This document shows, one piece after another, positions 21,404 to 32,089 of a stretch of 64,000 nucleotides of DNA. The stretch spans positions 32,001-96,000 of IMG/VR virus record IMGVR_UViG_3300046747_000672, one strand, 5' to 3'. The position numbers and the translations under genes are program-made. The notes under the pieces are model-generated. The model saw only the letters and a list, made by a program, of their open reading frames with translations, did no database searches and was not told the origin of the DNA. The DNA comes from a virus. Within the stretch, counting starts at the first letter, position 1, and every line of letters begins with the position of its first letter.

Positions 21404-22256
21404 CTAAGCATCGAGGACCTCTTTCGTCGCCATCGGCCACCCATCCAGTTCTCGCGCCTTCGCCCTGTACAGCGGCCCGCTGCCCTTGCGCGTGCAGTCA
21501 ATCTCCTCGCTGTCGCGCAGCCGCCACAGCGCCCGCTCGAGCTCGCCGCGGTTGAACCGGATCTGAAGCTTCGTCCACACGTCGTCGAGTGACCACGCGC
21601 GCGTCGGCGACGACTCCAGCAGCGCGACCACGGCGGCCCGACACGCCTTGGCGCGCTGCACCGGACCGCGGGTCGACGGGAAGCCTTGGCTGCTCATGAT
21701 TCCTCCGCGATGACGCAGAGCACGTCGTGCGGGTCGCATTGAAAGAGTCGTGCTGCTTCCCGCCGAGCATCGATAAACATTCTGGTCTTGACGGTCACAA
21801 CCTCGTCCGGCGAGCCCTTACGGCGGCAGCGCCAAAGGACGGGCGTCGCGTTCGGGTGGCCGATGCGCGGGTCTTCGATGGCGCCGTGTTTCATTGCTGA
21901 GCTCGCTGCGGGACGGCGACGACCGCCCACGGCTTGGGCGTCTTGCAACCGGAGATTGGATACGTGCGCTCTGGCTCGCAGCCGTGCCCCTTCTCGACGG
22001 CAAATGCGCCAGGGGCACCGCACAGAAGCTGCTCCTTCTGATCGCCAAAGTTGACGTCGCATGTGACGTAGCCGTCGCCATCTGAGTCCGTTGTGGCGCA
22101 GGCGAGGCCCATGGGCCTGTAACCCATCTTGTCGAGCCATTCTCTCGCCGACTGCTCCGGCGCCGCTCGATTGCGGTTCGCTTTGTCGTCGCAGGCGGCT
22201 GCGCAAACGAACGCGAACGCCATCATCCAGAAAAGCCACTTCTGCACGCTCATCAT
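21404..22256 (-). CDS. Winged-helix-like ORF (21404-21697), small ORF (21694-21894), putative lipoprotein (21891-22256)
   Basis: The lipoprotein has a hydrophobic signal ending AAAC. Confidence 0.6.
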
Positions 22257-22461
22257 TTCGTCAGCTCCTTTTCAAAAGCCCTTGAACACAGCACGCACCG
22301 ATTCACGGGCTTATCCACGAGCCTCCCGGTCACGCTGAGACCGCACAGCGGCGGCGACTGGAAGCGCAGCGGCTTCTGCTCGGACCACCGCGCGGGCTCG
22401 ATGGCGGCAAGGAGATGCGCGACCGGCAGAAGCGGCGTGGGGACGGGGACGAACCAGCGGG

Positions 22462-22956
22462 TCATGGTGCGCTCACGGCTGCCGCCGCCTCGTCGATCAC
22501 GTCCTGATACGGAAGCCACATCCGCACGATCTGAGCTTTCGTTACGTCGCTGTCGCAGCCATTCGATTTGTGCTGCTGCGTCGGCTTCAGCATCCGGCAC
22601 TCATACGGGCGATCGTCGTGCGCCATGGAGCATCCGGTCGTGGTCCACTGGACGCACTGACCGCCCCAGCTTGGATCGCGGAGTCGCCGCCCCGTGACGG
22701 TCGCAGGCCGAACGTATTCGGTCTGGCAAAGAACAGGGTCGGCGAGCTCTTCGCCAAGCGCCGTTCGCACGTCACCTTCCCACCAGTCGATGGCGTACTT
22801 GCCGCTCGCGAAGGCCTTTGCCAGCGCCGCCACAATCTGGCTTCGGTCGCTCCCCCAGTCTTCCGGTCGCGTGAGTCCAGGCATCGACTTGCAACACGCG
22901 CCGCCGCAAGCGCTGCACAGATCGGCGTCGACGTACATGGGGAGCTTCGCGCTCAT
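22462..22956 (-). CDS. YkgJ-like CxxCxxCC Zn/Fe-chelating protein
   Basis: CSACGGACC..CVQW..GC..HDDRPYECR. Confidence 0.8.
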   Translation of the reverse strand: MSAKLPMYVDADLCSACGGACCKSMPGLTRPEDWGSDRSQIVAALAKAFASGKYAIDWWEGDVRTALGEELADPVLCQTEYVRPATVTGRRLRDPSWGGQCVQWTTTGCSMAHDDRPYECRMLKPTQQHKSNGCDSDVTKAQIVRMWLPYQDVIDEAAAAVSAP

Positions 22957-23369
22957 TCGGCGCTCGCCCGGATTGAGAAGCCGCCGTAGTAGCCGTTGTG
23001 CTCGTTGTGAGACGACACGACGAACTCGCCCTTGCTCGTCTTCACGGCGAGGAACTGCACCTCGTGCGCATCGCACCCGTCCGCCGCGTCCGGAGCTTCG
23101 CGCAGTTCTATCCCGACGAGCGTCGCCCCGACGTAGTCGGCCAGCGTGTCATCGGTCCGCATGTAGCGGTTCTCGCAGCACGACTGGCCGTCGTCCCACA
23201 GCTTCAGCGTTGACCCATCGTCGAACGCGAAGCGGAGGACGTCATCCTTGTCGTCCAATACGACGCCGACGATCGTCTTTCCGATAGCTGCACTCACGGC
23301 GTCAAAGGTTTCCTTGCCGCTGTCGAGCATGTTGAGCATCACGTTCATCCCTAGATTCACGAACTTCAT
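22953..23369 (-). CDS. Conserved phage protein (DUF7448-like)
   Basis: QSCCENRY..HNGYYGG motif. Confidence 0.7.
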   Translation of the reverse strand: MKFVNLGMNVMLNMLDSGKETFDAVSAAIGKTIVGVVLDDKDDVLRFAFDDGSTLKLWDDGQSCCENRYMRTDDTLADYVGATLVGIELREAPDAADGCDAHEVQFLAVKTSKGEFVVSSHNEHNGYYGGFSIRASAE

Positions 23370-23968
23370 GCCCGTTTCTCCGTTCTCGTCGGCAGCCGCT
23401 GCCGCGCTGCGTCTCGCCTGGCCATCACTGCACCCTCCGCGGCACCACGCACACATCCTTCGCCCCCGAATCCGGAGCCGCCCACGGCGCGCCGGCCGCT
23501 GGATCCTGGTCCAGCACGATGGCCTCTACGCCCACGTCATGCCCGCGGTACGGCGCCACGAGCTCCTCCAGCGCCTCCCACGAGTGCACGACGGCGAACG
23601 AGACCCGCGCGCGCTCGCGGTCGTTGAAGCGCACGAGGAGTTCGGCTGGGCCCGACGGGAGCTCCGGCGCGACGTTGGCGGCGCACGAGATGACGAGGGC
23701 GAGGAGGATGAGGAGGCGGTTCATGGGTTGGTTCCGTCTGGGTTCACGAAGCGGAGAAGGCCGAGTCGTCCGGCGATTCGAATCAGGTTGGTCGAACGTC
23801 GTTCGAAGAAGCCACGGCAGCAGACGTCTTTGTCGTCCGCCTTGTGGCAGATGAAGTGGACGCCGCGCCGTGCGCAATCGCGCAGCACATCCTTCGCGCG
23901 CGCCGCGCTGACGATGCGCCTCTTGGAGAAGAGGCACTGGTCGCATTGCTTGTGCATGACGAGGAAGC

Positions 23969-24691
23969 TCATGCGGCGGCCTCAAGAATTTGGCGAATCA
24001 CTTCGCCGACGACTTGCGCCGCCTGCGGAACGACGGCATCTCCGAGAGAGGCAACTCGGTCCACCCGATGGGGAATCCCATGAACTGCTCGCACCAAGTC
24101 GGGCTCAATGCCCCACGAAAAAGCTCCGACAGCCGAGGACCTCGACCTCGGGTCCGGCGTAGTTCCTCCGCTCGGCTGAAGTAACCTCGCGTTGCATCGC
24201 TTTTGATGAGCGTGGGCAACAACGAAGACGCGGTTCCGGAGATGAGCCGCGCCGACGTCTCTGGCGGCAATCCCCATGGCGCGCGTTCGATATCCCAGTT
24301 GATGCAAATGGGTCCGCACCGCACACAGCCATCGATTGCGCCCGACTGCGACGTTTTCGATGACGACCCACGGCGGGCGCTTTTGCTCGACGAGCCTTGC
24401 GAAGTACCTCCACAGTCCCGACCGCTCCCCTCGGACAATGCCGACGTTCTTGCCCGCCGCCGATACGTCCTGGCACGGGAATCCGCCGCAGATGAGATCC
24501 ACGTCATGAAGTTGGGCAGCACGCACTGTCTCGACATCGCTCCACCTCGGCACGTCGGGCCAGTGCTTCGCGAGCACGCTTCGCCGGAATTCATCCCTCT
24601 CGACCTGCCAAAGCACAGGACCGAGCCCTGCCCACTCGAGGCCGAGCTCTAGCCCGCCGATCCCGCTGAACAGCGAACCAATCGTCAGCAT
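23969..24691 (-). CDS. dcm: DNA cytosine-C5 methyltransferase (alpha chain)
   Basis: Motif I FSGIGG, IV GGFPCQD, VI IENV, VIII HLRNRVF, X LGDAVVPQ; short, and lacks motif IX. Confidence 0.92.
   Translation of the reverse strand: MLTIGSLFSGIGGLELGLEWAGLGPVLWQVERDEFRRSVLAKHWPDVPRWSDVETVRAAQLHDVDLICGGFPCQDVSAAGKNVGIVRGERSGLWRYFARLVEQKRPPWVVIENVAVGRNRWLCAVRTHLHQLGYRTRAMGIAARDVGAAHLRNRVFVVAHAHQKRCNARLLQPSGGTTPDPRSRSSAVGAFSWGIEPDLVRAVHGIPHRVDRVASLGDAVVPQAAQVVGEVIRQILEAAA
23998..24537 (-). CDS. Putative methyltransferase beta chain nested out of frame in dcm
   Basis: 179-codon same-strand ORF with GAGG RBS; carries motif IX-like LSPTWCEQFMGFPIGWT. Confidence 0.7.
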   Translation of the reverse strand: MSRQCVLPNFMTWISSAADSRARTYRRRARTSALSEGSGRDCGGTSQGSSSKSARRGSSSKTSQSGAIDGCVRCGPICINWDIERAPWGLPPETSARLISGTASSLLPTLIKSDATRGYFSRAEELRRTRGRGPRLSELFRGALSPTWCEQFMGFPIGWTELPLSEMPSFRRRRKSSAK

Positions 24692-24843
24692 CACTGCACA
24701 TCCCTCATCGCCCGCCACGCAGCGCGGAACGACCAGAACACGAACCTATCGACAGGTGGCACCCGCCGCACGCACGCCAGGATGGCGCACGGCGGCAGGT
24801 CGAGTTCGAGCGCGAGAAGGACGAGGTCGGCGGCGGGCATGAC

Positions 24844-25734
24844 CTACTCGATGTCCTGGCGATCGTCGCTGCCCGACAGCGGCTCTTGCTTCTTTGGCCG
24901 TTGCACTTTCTGCGTCGCAGGCTCCGCTGCAACCGGAGTCGCGAGCAGCGTCGCCTCGAGCTCCCTCGGGCTGCCAGGTACCAGCGCTGCCGGCGTCGTG
25001 ACGTCAGACAGCACTGTGCCCGTGGTGTCGACGATCTCTTCCGACGTCGACATGCCGAGCGACAACTCCGGAGCGAAGACGCGCGTCCAGAAGCCGCCGG
25101 AGCGGTACATGAGCATCAGTTCGGGCATCGTCTTCCACTTCGACCCGTTTCTCGAGTACCACCCCTCCGCTTTCGCCATCGCGATCGTGACGAGCGGCCC
25201 GACGCACTCCTCGCCCGACTCGCGATCCTTCGCCACGGCACGGCACCCCCATTCGTCGGTGCCCTCCTTGCCCTGCCATCGGAAGCGAATCGGCGAGAAC
25301 CGTCCGCTGCTGTTGACGGTCCCGATCAAAAACTGCGATCGCCACCCGGGGCGCCCGTGGATGATGTCCAGGTTGGTCATCACCATCAGAACCGACGCGC
25401 CGACGCGGCTCGCCATCTCGATGGCGATGAGGCAGTTCGGGATGTTGTTCTGGTACTGCGTCGGGACCATCGTGCTCGCCGACAGCGCATTCGCCATGCG
25501 GTAGGCACCCTTGAAGTTGGCTTCGCTGGCGAACGCGTTCAACGCGCGCTGCGCCTCGTCGCCCGTCGGCGGGGCCATCATCGCGACATGCGCGGCGGCG
25601 CCCGCCTGAGCGGAAGCCGAAGCCGGAACGGGCGCTTGGACGCCTACGTCAGCCATCCCGTTCGATGAGACGGAAGGCTTCGGAGCCTCCGCCGGAAGTC
25701 CTTGCGATTGAGTCACGTCGATCATTCCTTTCAT
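24844..25734 (-). CDS. RecT-like single-strand annealing protein
   Basis: MVP..YQ.N..NCLIAIEMA.R.G.S..MVM.NL.II.GRP.W; AKAEGW..KW.TMPELML.YR; adjacent to a RecE-like exonuclease. Confidence 0.8.
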   Translation of the reverse strand: MKGMIDVTQSQGLPAEAPKPSVSSNGMADVGVQAPVPASASAQAGAAAHVAMMAPPTGDEAQRALNAFASEANFKGAYRMANALSASTMVPTQYQNNIPNCLIAIEMASRVGASVLMVMTNLDIIHGRPGWRSQFLIGTVNSSGRFSPIRFRWQGKEGTDEWGCRAVAKDRESGEECVGPLVTIAMAKAEGWYSRNGSKWKTMPELMLMYRSGGFWTRVFAPELSLGMSTSEEIVDTTGTVLSDVTTPAALVPGSPRELEATLLATPVAAEPATQKVQRPKKQEPLSGSDDRQDIE

Positions 25735-26561
25735 GCCCACGGGGGCAGTACGACTGTCTGTATCTCGACCGGATACGCCGGCCACGAATCCTTCGCGAGG
25801 CAATCGGCGAGCGTCGTCATGTGGCGCTGCACATGGGTGTACCCGCGCCCGATCCCCTCCGCCTCGAGCGTGTGAATTGCCACCGCGTACGGCGGCGTCT
25901 TCTCGACCGCGCCGAACATGAAGTACTTGACCGCAGCGCCGAGCGCGCCGTACCCGGCTCGGTAGAGAGCGTCCTGCCAGTGGTACCTGTAGCGGACGAT
26001 CTCCTTCGCAAAGGAGTCCTTGCTGGCATCCTCGGTCGACTTGACGTCCAGGACCATGCCGAGCCGCTCGACGTAGTAGTCCGAGCGACTCTTGCACGTC
26101 AGCCCGGTTGCGGCGTCTTTCCACACGAGCGTGAGTTCGGACTTGCCGTCAACAACCATTCTGCCGGCGAGCGGGTGGCGGCGAAACGCGTCGACCATGC
26201 CAGCGATCGCGTCGCTGTCTTCCGCCGAGAGAAGCTCGCTGCCGGCGTGGGCACCGCGCCATTCGGCGCGCGCCTTCTTGTTGTCGGTCTTGCGGCAATC
26301 GCCGAACTCGGGTTCCACGGTGAACGCGCCTTCGAACAGGTGGGGCTCGAGCAGCGCGCAGTGGAACGCTCGCCCGAACGAGAGCGCCGGCCCTGTCTTC
26401 TCCGGCGAGACGCCGTCGATGTACGCCTTGTAGTGCGCCGGCGTTTGGCTGACGCGCTCCAGCGCGGACTTGCTCACCACGCCGAGCTTCCGCTTCAGGT
26501 AGACGTGCGCCGGAATGTTCGGGTGAACGCCGGGAGGCAATTCGTGAACGGGCAGGTTCAC
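25731..26561 (-). CDS. RecE/ExoVIII-like PD-(D/E)XK exonuclease (DUF3799)
   Basis: FGRAFHCALLEP, CKSRSD..LDVKST, YRYHWQDALY, FGAVEKTPPY. Confidence 0.9.
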   Translation of the reverse strand: MNLPVHELPPGVHPNIPAHVYLKRKLGVVSKSALERVSQTPAHYKAYIDGVSPEKTGPALSFGRAFHCALLEPHLFEGAFTVEPEFGDCRKTDNKKARAEWRGAHAGSELLSAEDSDAIAGMVDAFRRHPLAGRMVVDGKSELTLVWKDAATGLTCKSRSDYYVERLGMVLDVKSTEDASKDSFAKEIVRYRYHWQDALYRAGYGALGAAVKYFMFGAVEKTPPYAVAIHTLEAEGIGRGYTHVQRHMTTLADCLAKDSWPAYPVEIQTVVLPPWA

Positions 26562-26962
26562 CGCTTCCCCGCCTTCAGCCGCACGACCTTCCCATCGCCG
26601 CCCTCGAGCGCCTCACGAAGCGCCACCGACTCCTTGCTCGCCGGGTGCATCTGCGTCTTCAGCGCCATCTCGCATGCCGCGCGAAGCCGCCTGCGCTCGT
26701 CGTCGAGCGTTGCCGCCAGTTCCCGCTGCTCCTCGTGGACCGCCGCCAAGACCTCGCCTAGCGCGCCGTGGAGCCACGCCGCCTGGTCGTGCGTCAGGAC
26801 GAAGATACGGCGCTCTGTCACCTTGCCGGTTGGAGCGCGACTCGTCAGTTCCTCTTCGCCAATCTCGTAGAGTTCGTTGACGCCGCGGCGGACGACCGTG
26901 CGGAAGAGAGGGTCTTTCGGGTCGGTGCTGAGGCGTACGCGTTCGATGTCTTTGGGTTTCAC
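26558..26962 (-). CDS. Hypothetical protein
   Basis: Coupled ORF. Confidence 0.65.
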   Translation of the reverse strand: MKPKDIERVRLSTDPKDPLFRTVVRRGVNELYEIGEEELTSRAPTGKVTERRIFVLTHDQAAWLHGALGEVLAAVHEEQRELAATLDDERRRLRAACEMALKTQMHPASKESVALREALEGGDGKVVRLKAGKR

Positions 26963-27341
26963 GGAATGATTCCCTTCAGGCAGTACAGCCGAATCTTCTC
27001 GACGCTGTCGCCGCGCTGCTTGGCGAGCTCGATCGCGAAGTCGCGCCGATCCTCGCGACGGTCGCGTCTCGGATTGCCTTTGCCACGGGCGCGTCTGGTT
27101 CTCGAATGGAGCATCTCACGCCACCTTCCCGAGCCGCTGCCCCACCACGCGCATCCACTCGTCGGCGGGCATGTCGCTCGTCGACGACGGCGGCAGTCCG
27201 GTGATCTGGAGCAGCCACGCGACGAAGTCGTCGAACGACGGGCGAGGCGGAATGAGGCTGTTGCGGATGTGCACGGGTTGTCGGGTTCGGTTCATGTTGG
27301 TCTCTTGATTGGAGAATGGGTGGTCGTCTCATCGACTCCAT

Positions 27342-27405
27342 GCAGGACCGTCGGCACGCGTCTCGTCGTTTCGGTCCACTTGGTGGTCGAAGCCAACGGT
27401 CCTGC
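27342..27405 (-). ncRNA. Candidate small structured RNA (14-bp stalk with two internal hairpins)
   Basis: GCAGGACCGTTGGC...GCCGACGGTCCTGC stem in an intergenic gap directly after a promoter-like sequence. Confidence 0.5.
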
Positions 27406-27417
27406 TTGCAATCGATG

Positions 27418-27446
27418 ATTGTAACGCATTGCTCATTGTCCGTCGA
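27418..27446 (-). promoter_or_regulatory. Putative leftward promoter
   Basis: TCGACG-17 bp-TACAAT; operator half-site CGATTGCA near the +1 position. Confidence 0.5.
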
Positions 27447-28924
27447 GTATTGCCAACGCCTCCGCTTCCTTCAGCGCGACCATGACGTCGCCCCAGGTTC
27501 GCTCGGGCGCGTCGTGCCAGAGGACAATCGGCTGCACTCCGACGGCGCGCTCCAAGTAGTCGTATGCGGCATAGAACAGGCCGTAGGCCGGTGTCGCGGA
27601 GCTTGCTTCGTCGGCTGCCGACGCTTGATTGGTGACGTGAACAAGCGCCGCCGTCGCAGTCCACCGCGTGACGCGGTCTTCCGTCGAGTACCGTGCCCAC
27701 TTCTCCGGCGCGTCGATGAGGGCGCGCGCCGCCGCCAGCGCTTCACTCGGCTTCATCGTCGTACTCCCGAAGTTGCCGCCGAAGGTCGTCGGCGAAGCGC
27801 TCCTCGTCGCGGACGTGCGAGTAGATGGCGTAGTTCCAGACGGAAAATATGAACGCCGCGAACGTTACGCCGATGCTGCAGGCCAATGCGACCGTGTCGG
27901 TGGCGCTCATCGCCTCGCTCCTCGCGCCACGTCCCAGCACACATTTTCGTGAAACCAATTGCCCATGTCGTCCGTGCGCCCGCCCGTTTTGACGTAACCA
28001 GAGCAATGGGCGCAAAGCGGATAGTCCCGCGTCGGCACGTCGCTCGCGCGCCGCGGAATCAGATGCCCCGGCGGAATCGACTGCGCGATCCTGCGCGCCG
28101 AGTTGAAGGCGGCGGCGGCCGGCGGCAGCGACGCGCGGCGACCGTTCACGATGCGGCTCAACCGCTCCGCCGACGAGCCGAGATGGCGCGCCGTCGCAAG
28201 GAGGTCCGCGCTGACGCGTTCGCGCGGCCCGTTGGCAGGCGGCGACGACTTGATGCGCGTCGTGGACACCGGCGGCATGTCGTCGGCGGGAGGCTTCGGG
28301 AGGCGATGGATCATGAATCGATATCCGTTGTGAGAGGGAAGAGAACCGCGTTGAGTTGCACTCTGTAGGCTCCGCCACGCTGCGTCGTGATGCGGTAGAC
28401 CGGCACCGCGAGGTGCTCCGTCGGCAGTTCGAACAGGAAGGTCGTTTCGATGGCGCCGTCGCCTAGGTCGACGCTCGCCTCTCGCAGGCCTCGGTCTCGG
28501 TACTCGGCGGTCTTCGCCATCGTGTCGACGAGCGAGACGTCGCGCCACACGGCATCGGCGACTTTGGTCACGGGGACACCGCGCCATCGACGAACTCGAC
28601 TTCGACGCCGTCCACGGCGAATCGCTCGGTCAGCCGCTTCTCTCGCGTGGCATCGTCGATCCCATCGTCGTCGTTAATGTTGGAGATGTCGTACTGTCGC
28701 GACCCTCCATTCCAGAAGACCCATGCCGGCCACCGCGGGTCCCCCTTCGTGAGCGAGCATTCGATGCTGACAGGATACTGCTGGCTCTTGAGCCGCTCCG
28801 GCGCCACGCCGCACGCCTCGCCGAGGAAGCCAAGGACGCAACACTTTCCTTCGCTGTTGCGCAAGACGCCGACGCCATCGCCGACTCCGCGCGCCCACTT
28901 CGACCTGTCGATTACGAGTTTCAC
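27433..28924 (-). CDS. Hypothetical ORFs (27433-27756 DUF6197-like, 27743-27910, 27907-28314, 28311-28571, 28568-28924)
   Basis: Coupled ORFs. Confidence 0.55.
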
Positions 28925-29382
28925 GTTGCCACCCTCTTGCTGCTTGCCAGCAGCCGCTCGAAAACCGCCAGCCGTTTCTTCGCTCGAACGTCCGAGCGCT
29001 TGCATCCGATGTACGCGACCAACGCTCGCCGAATCGTGCCCGTCCGTCGTCGCAGCGTGACGAGCGCGCGCGCAGCAAGCGACTGCGCCAGCGTGTTCGA
29101 CGCGCACACCTCGGCGGGCGCGTAGCCGTTCAGCCAATGACGATGGAGCTGCGGCGCCGCGAATGCTTCGCCGTTGTCGCACTCGTAGCTGCGGCAATGG
29201 CAGCGCTCGATGCGCTCCTCGAACCGCGATTCCTCGAAGTGGACGGCGACGAGCCCGAGCATGAGTTCGGTGTCATCGGCGGCGGCGACAGCGATGTCCG
29301 CCGCGTACCTGTCACGTTGCTCCGCGCCCAGGGTCGGGGCGAGCGTCGAGATCAACATCGCTACGACGGTCGCTTCGATCAT
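28921..29382 (-). CDS. Putative lytic transglycosylase (lysozyme-like) protein
   Basis: N-terminal hydrophobic segment, LVAVHFEESRF (catalytic E), PQL motif, ALVAY. Confidence 0.55.
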   Translation of the reverse strand: MIEATVVAMLISTLAPTLGAEQRDRYAADIAVAAADDTELMLGLVAVHFEESRFEERIERCHCRSYECDNGEAFAAPQLHRHWLNGYAPAEVCASNTLAQSLAARALVTLRRRTGTIRRALVAYIGCKRSDVRAKKRLAVFERLLASSKRVAT

Positions 29383-29952
29383 CGTCCCTCCATCGTCTCC
29401 GACTCGAACACCGCGCGCATCGCCCGAAGCCTCTCGGGCATGTCGAGCAGCGCCCGCGCGGCCCAGTCGGAGCCGTTCACGTTGGCCGCCAAGTACTCGC
29501 CGACGAGGCGGATGGCTTCGTCGAAAGCGGAGAGGGCGAGCTTGCGCTGTGCGGCGGGGGCGGTCATCCCACCCTCGGCATGCGCGCAAATGCGTCCGCG
29601 GCCTCGACCCAGATCCAAGATTGCACGTGCGAGTCTTCCGGGTCGCGCCCAAGCGATTGGATCGTGTGCATCCACCTGCCGCTGAACGCGACGTGGTGAA
29701 CCTGCTCGTCGACGTGCGAAACAACAACGTGGACGGGCAGGTGGCACTTGCGATCGACCGACGGTAGCTCGACCCAAAAGCTCGTTTGGTCGCAGTCCTG
29801 CGGCAGAAGCGGCGGAAGCTTTCGCGTGCTGAGACGCCGAGCGCGCGGCGCTTCCGGCGGCGGGGTGAACTGCTTCGGCGGGACGCGCGGAGTGACAGGC
29901 GACACGTCGTCATCGGACGGCGGGACGGCGGGCGGGAATGCTTTGGCGGGGT

Positions 29953-30228
29953 TCATTCGGCTTTCTCGATGATCTCGAACAGGTGGAACACGAGGCTTCC
30001 TCCTCTGAATTGGGCCGTGCCTACGAACTTCACATGCGGCTCTTCGATCAGATGCCCCGTGCCAGCGAGACGGAATGAACGAGGCGCAGGGGGTGCTTCT
30101 GGGTCGACGAGCGCCCACAGCACAGGCTCGTTGTGCTGGTTGTCGAAGTGGAGGAGCTCGGCCCCGCTGGGCAGCAGGAGCTGGAACTGATCGGCCATGG
30201 GGCAGGCGAATTTGTAGACGGTTCTCAT
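29953..30228 (-). CDS. Conserved phage protein (DUF7352-like)
   Basis: TVYKF..LPSGAELL..VLWALVDP..GTGH..VGT.Q..LVFHLFE. Confidence 0.75.
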   Translation of the reverse strand: MRTVYKFACPMADQFQLLLPSGAELLHFDNQHNEPVLWALVDPEAPPAPRSFRLAGTGHLIEEPHVKFVGTAQFRGGSLVFHLFEIIEKAE

Positions 30229-32013
30229 CGCCCGCCTCCAACCTTCTTCGCTTCCATCTTCTCGAGCTCCTCCCGAATCGGCATCCGCGCCGCGACCATG
30301 TCCCGGAGCAGTGCCACGTCGTCCGTCGGCGTCGTCTTCGCGAGGGGCGCCGTCTCGCTCTTCGTCTCGCCCGTGATCGCCGCCAGTTCCGCCTCGAGTT
30401 TGCGCTGCTTCTCTCGCGCCCGCTGCCCGAAGTCCTCCCGCAAGTGCGAGATGGCGAGCCGCAGGAGGTTCGCTGCGTCGTCGGTGTTGCCACCCGCGAG
30501 CTTGGCGGCGGCGTCCTTCGCGAGGGCGCACGCCTGGGCGTAGTGTGGTAGGATGGCGGAGCGGCGGAGGTTGCGGGTCATCGCGCGCCTCGCTGCGCCG
30601 ATCGAAGCAGCTTCACGGCTGCGCGCAAAGCACGCGCATCCTCTCGATGCTCCGTCGACGTCTCTCCGCCCGGTGGGTCATCCGCCCAGACGTCCGATTG
30701 CTTGGCTTCCTGGTGGAAGAAGTCGATGACCATCTTGCGACCGCGCGCAGGGATGTTGCTCCACGCTTCAGCGGCGCCGCCGGGTGAGACTTTGGTTTTC
30801 ACGCCGACCTCCTCGGCTCGAACTGCCCCATCGCGACCGCCTCGTCGACCGCCGCCTGTTGCTCCAGCGTCAACCCGTTGAACGACTCGTCCTCTTGCTC
30901 CAAGTCGAACACGATGACGCGCTTCCCCGGGTACATGGCCGCCAATCGGCGCACAGCGTCGAGGCAACCGTCAAAATCATCGTGCCGCGTCGACGTGTGA
31001 ACGCAGAGTCGATCGAAGCAGTTGACGATGTAACGGCTCACGCGGACCTCCCGAAGGGCGCAGCGTCTTCGTTCGCTGCCTGCTCGGCCGGCACCGTCAT
31101 CACGATGGAGCAGTGCCAGCGACCGCCGTGGGGGCAACTGACGTTGATGGCGCCGCGCAACGCCGGGTCGTAGGATACCACCACGTCGCCGCACGGGAGA
31201 CCGCCGGAGTCGGAGCCGCCGCACTTGCGGCACGTGCAGACGTACTCGTAGCGCGTCGTCGTCTTCTGGGGCGCCGAGCGGACGGCGAAGCTCTGCCGGT
31301 CGAACCAGGATGGCGCGTTCTCGTTGGCCGCGGCAGGCGCCTTCGTCGGCGGGCGCAGCGCGACAGCGCCGACGAGCATCTCCCACGTCTGCGGACTTGG
31401 CTCCGACACCTTGCTGCCGGCGGCGAAAACGCGTTGCTCAGCGGGCGTGTACGCCGCGAGCTTCATCGCCTGAGCCATCGACTCGACCGCGTTGGCAGCG
31501 GGCGGGACCTGGGCGAGCATCGCTCGCACTTTCACGATGCGGTTTCTCGTTTCGAACTGGTTCACGTTGCCTCCTTGCCGAAGATCACGGCGTCGGGGTT
31601 GCCGCAGAGCGCGATGAGATCGCGTCGCGCCCGGATGAAGAAGTCGAGGTTGTCGGAGTCGGCGAACGTGATTCGCGCCGGTTCCTCGTTGTCGAGCGCC
31701 GCGTGCGCCACCGTCGCGTCGCCGTAGTTCACGAGCAGGAGATTGACGCCACAGCACGCCATCACGCCGATGACGGCGTGGTCAGTGGAGCGACCGGCGA
31801 GGGGACGGGAGAGCGGCGCTAAGGCTTGGAGCGCACCGACGCTGGCGTTTCTTCGGCGCGACGATGCTGGAGCTCCAGCCGAGCCTCCCAGAGGGCCCAA
31901 GCCGTTTCCTTCATCGCCTTCACGCGTGCCGCTACGTAGCCCTCGTCGCCCGGGTTGTGTCGCACGCCCGCTGTCTGTTCGGCCACGATGAGGATTAGCC
32001 TGTTCGGCCGCAT
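30225..32013 (-). CDS. First genes of the leftward early operon (30225-30581, 30578-30802, 30799-31041, 31038-31565, 31562-31762, 31819-32013)
   Basis: Coupled ORFs downstream of PL. Confidence 0.55.
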
Positions 32014-32039
32014 CAGATATTCTCCATCGCATGAAAGAG

Positions 32040-32077
32040 AGAGTAATGGCAGTTGCCACCGATGGCAACTGCAATCG
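32040..32077 (-). promoter_or_regulatory. PL promoter with two tandem operators
   Basis: TTGCCA-17-TACTCT on the minus strand, overlapped by ATGGCAGTTGCCAC and CGATGGCAACTGCAATCG palindromes. Confidence 0.8.
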
Positions 32078-32089
32078 GTAAGATGGATG

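Noticed and set aside
27342-27405. Hammerhead ribozyme
   Set aside because: Three-way shape and CGAAAC are present, but the CUGANGA core is absent
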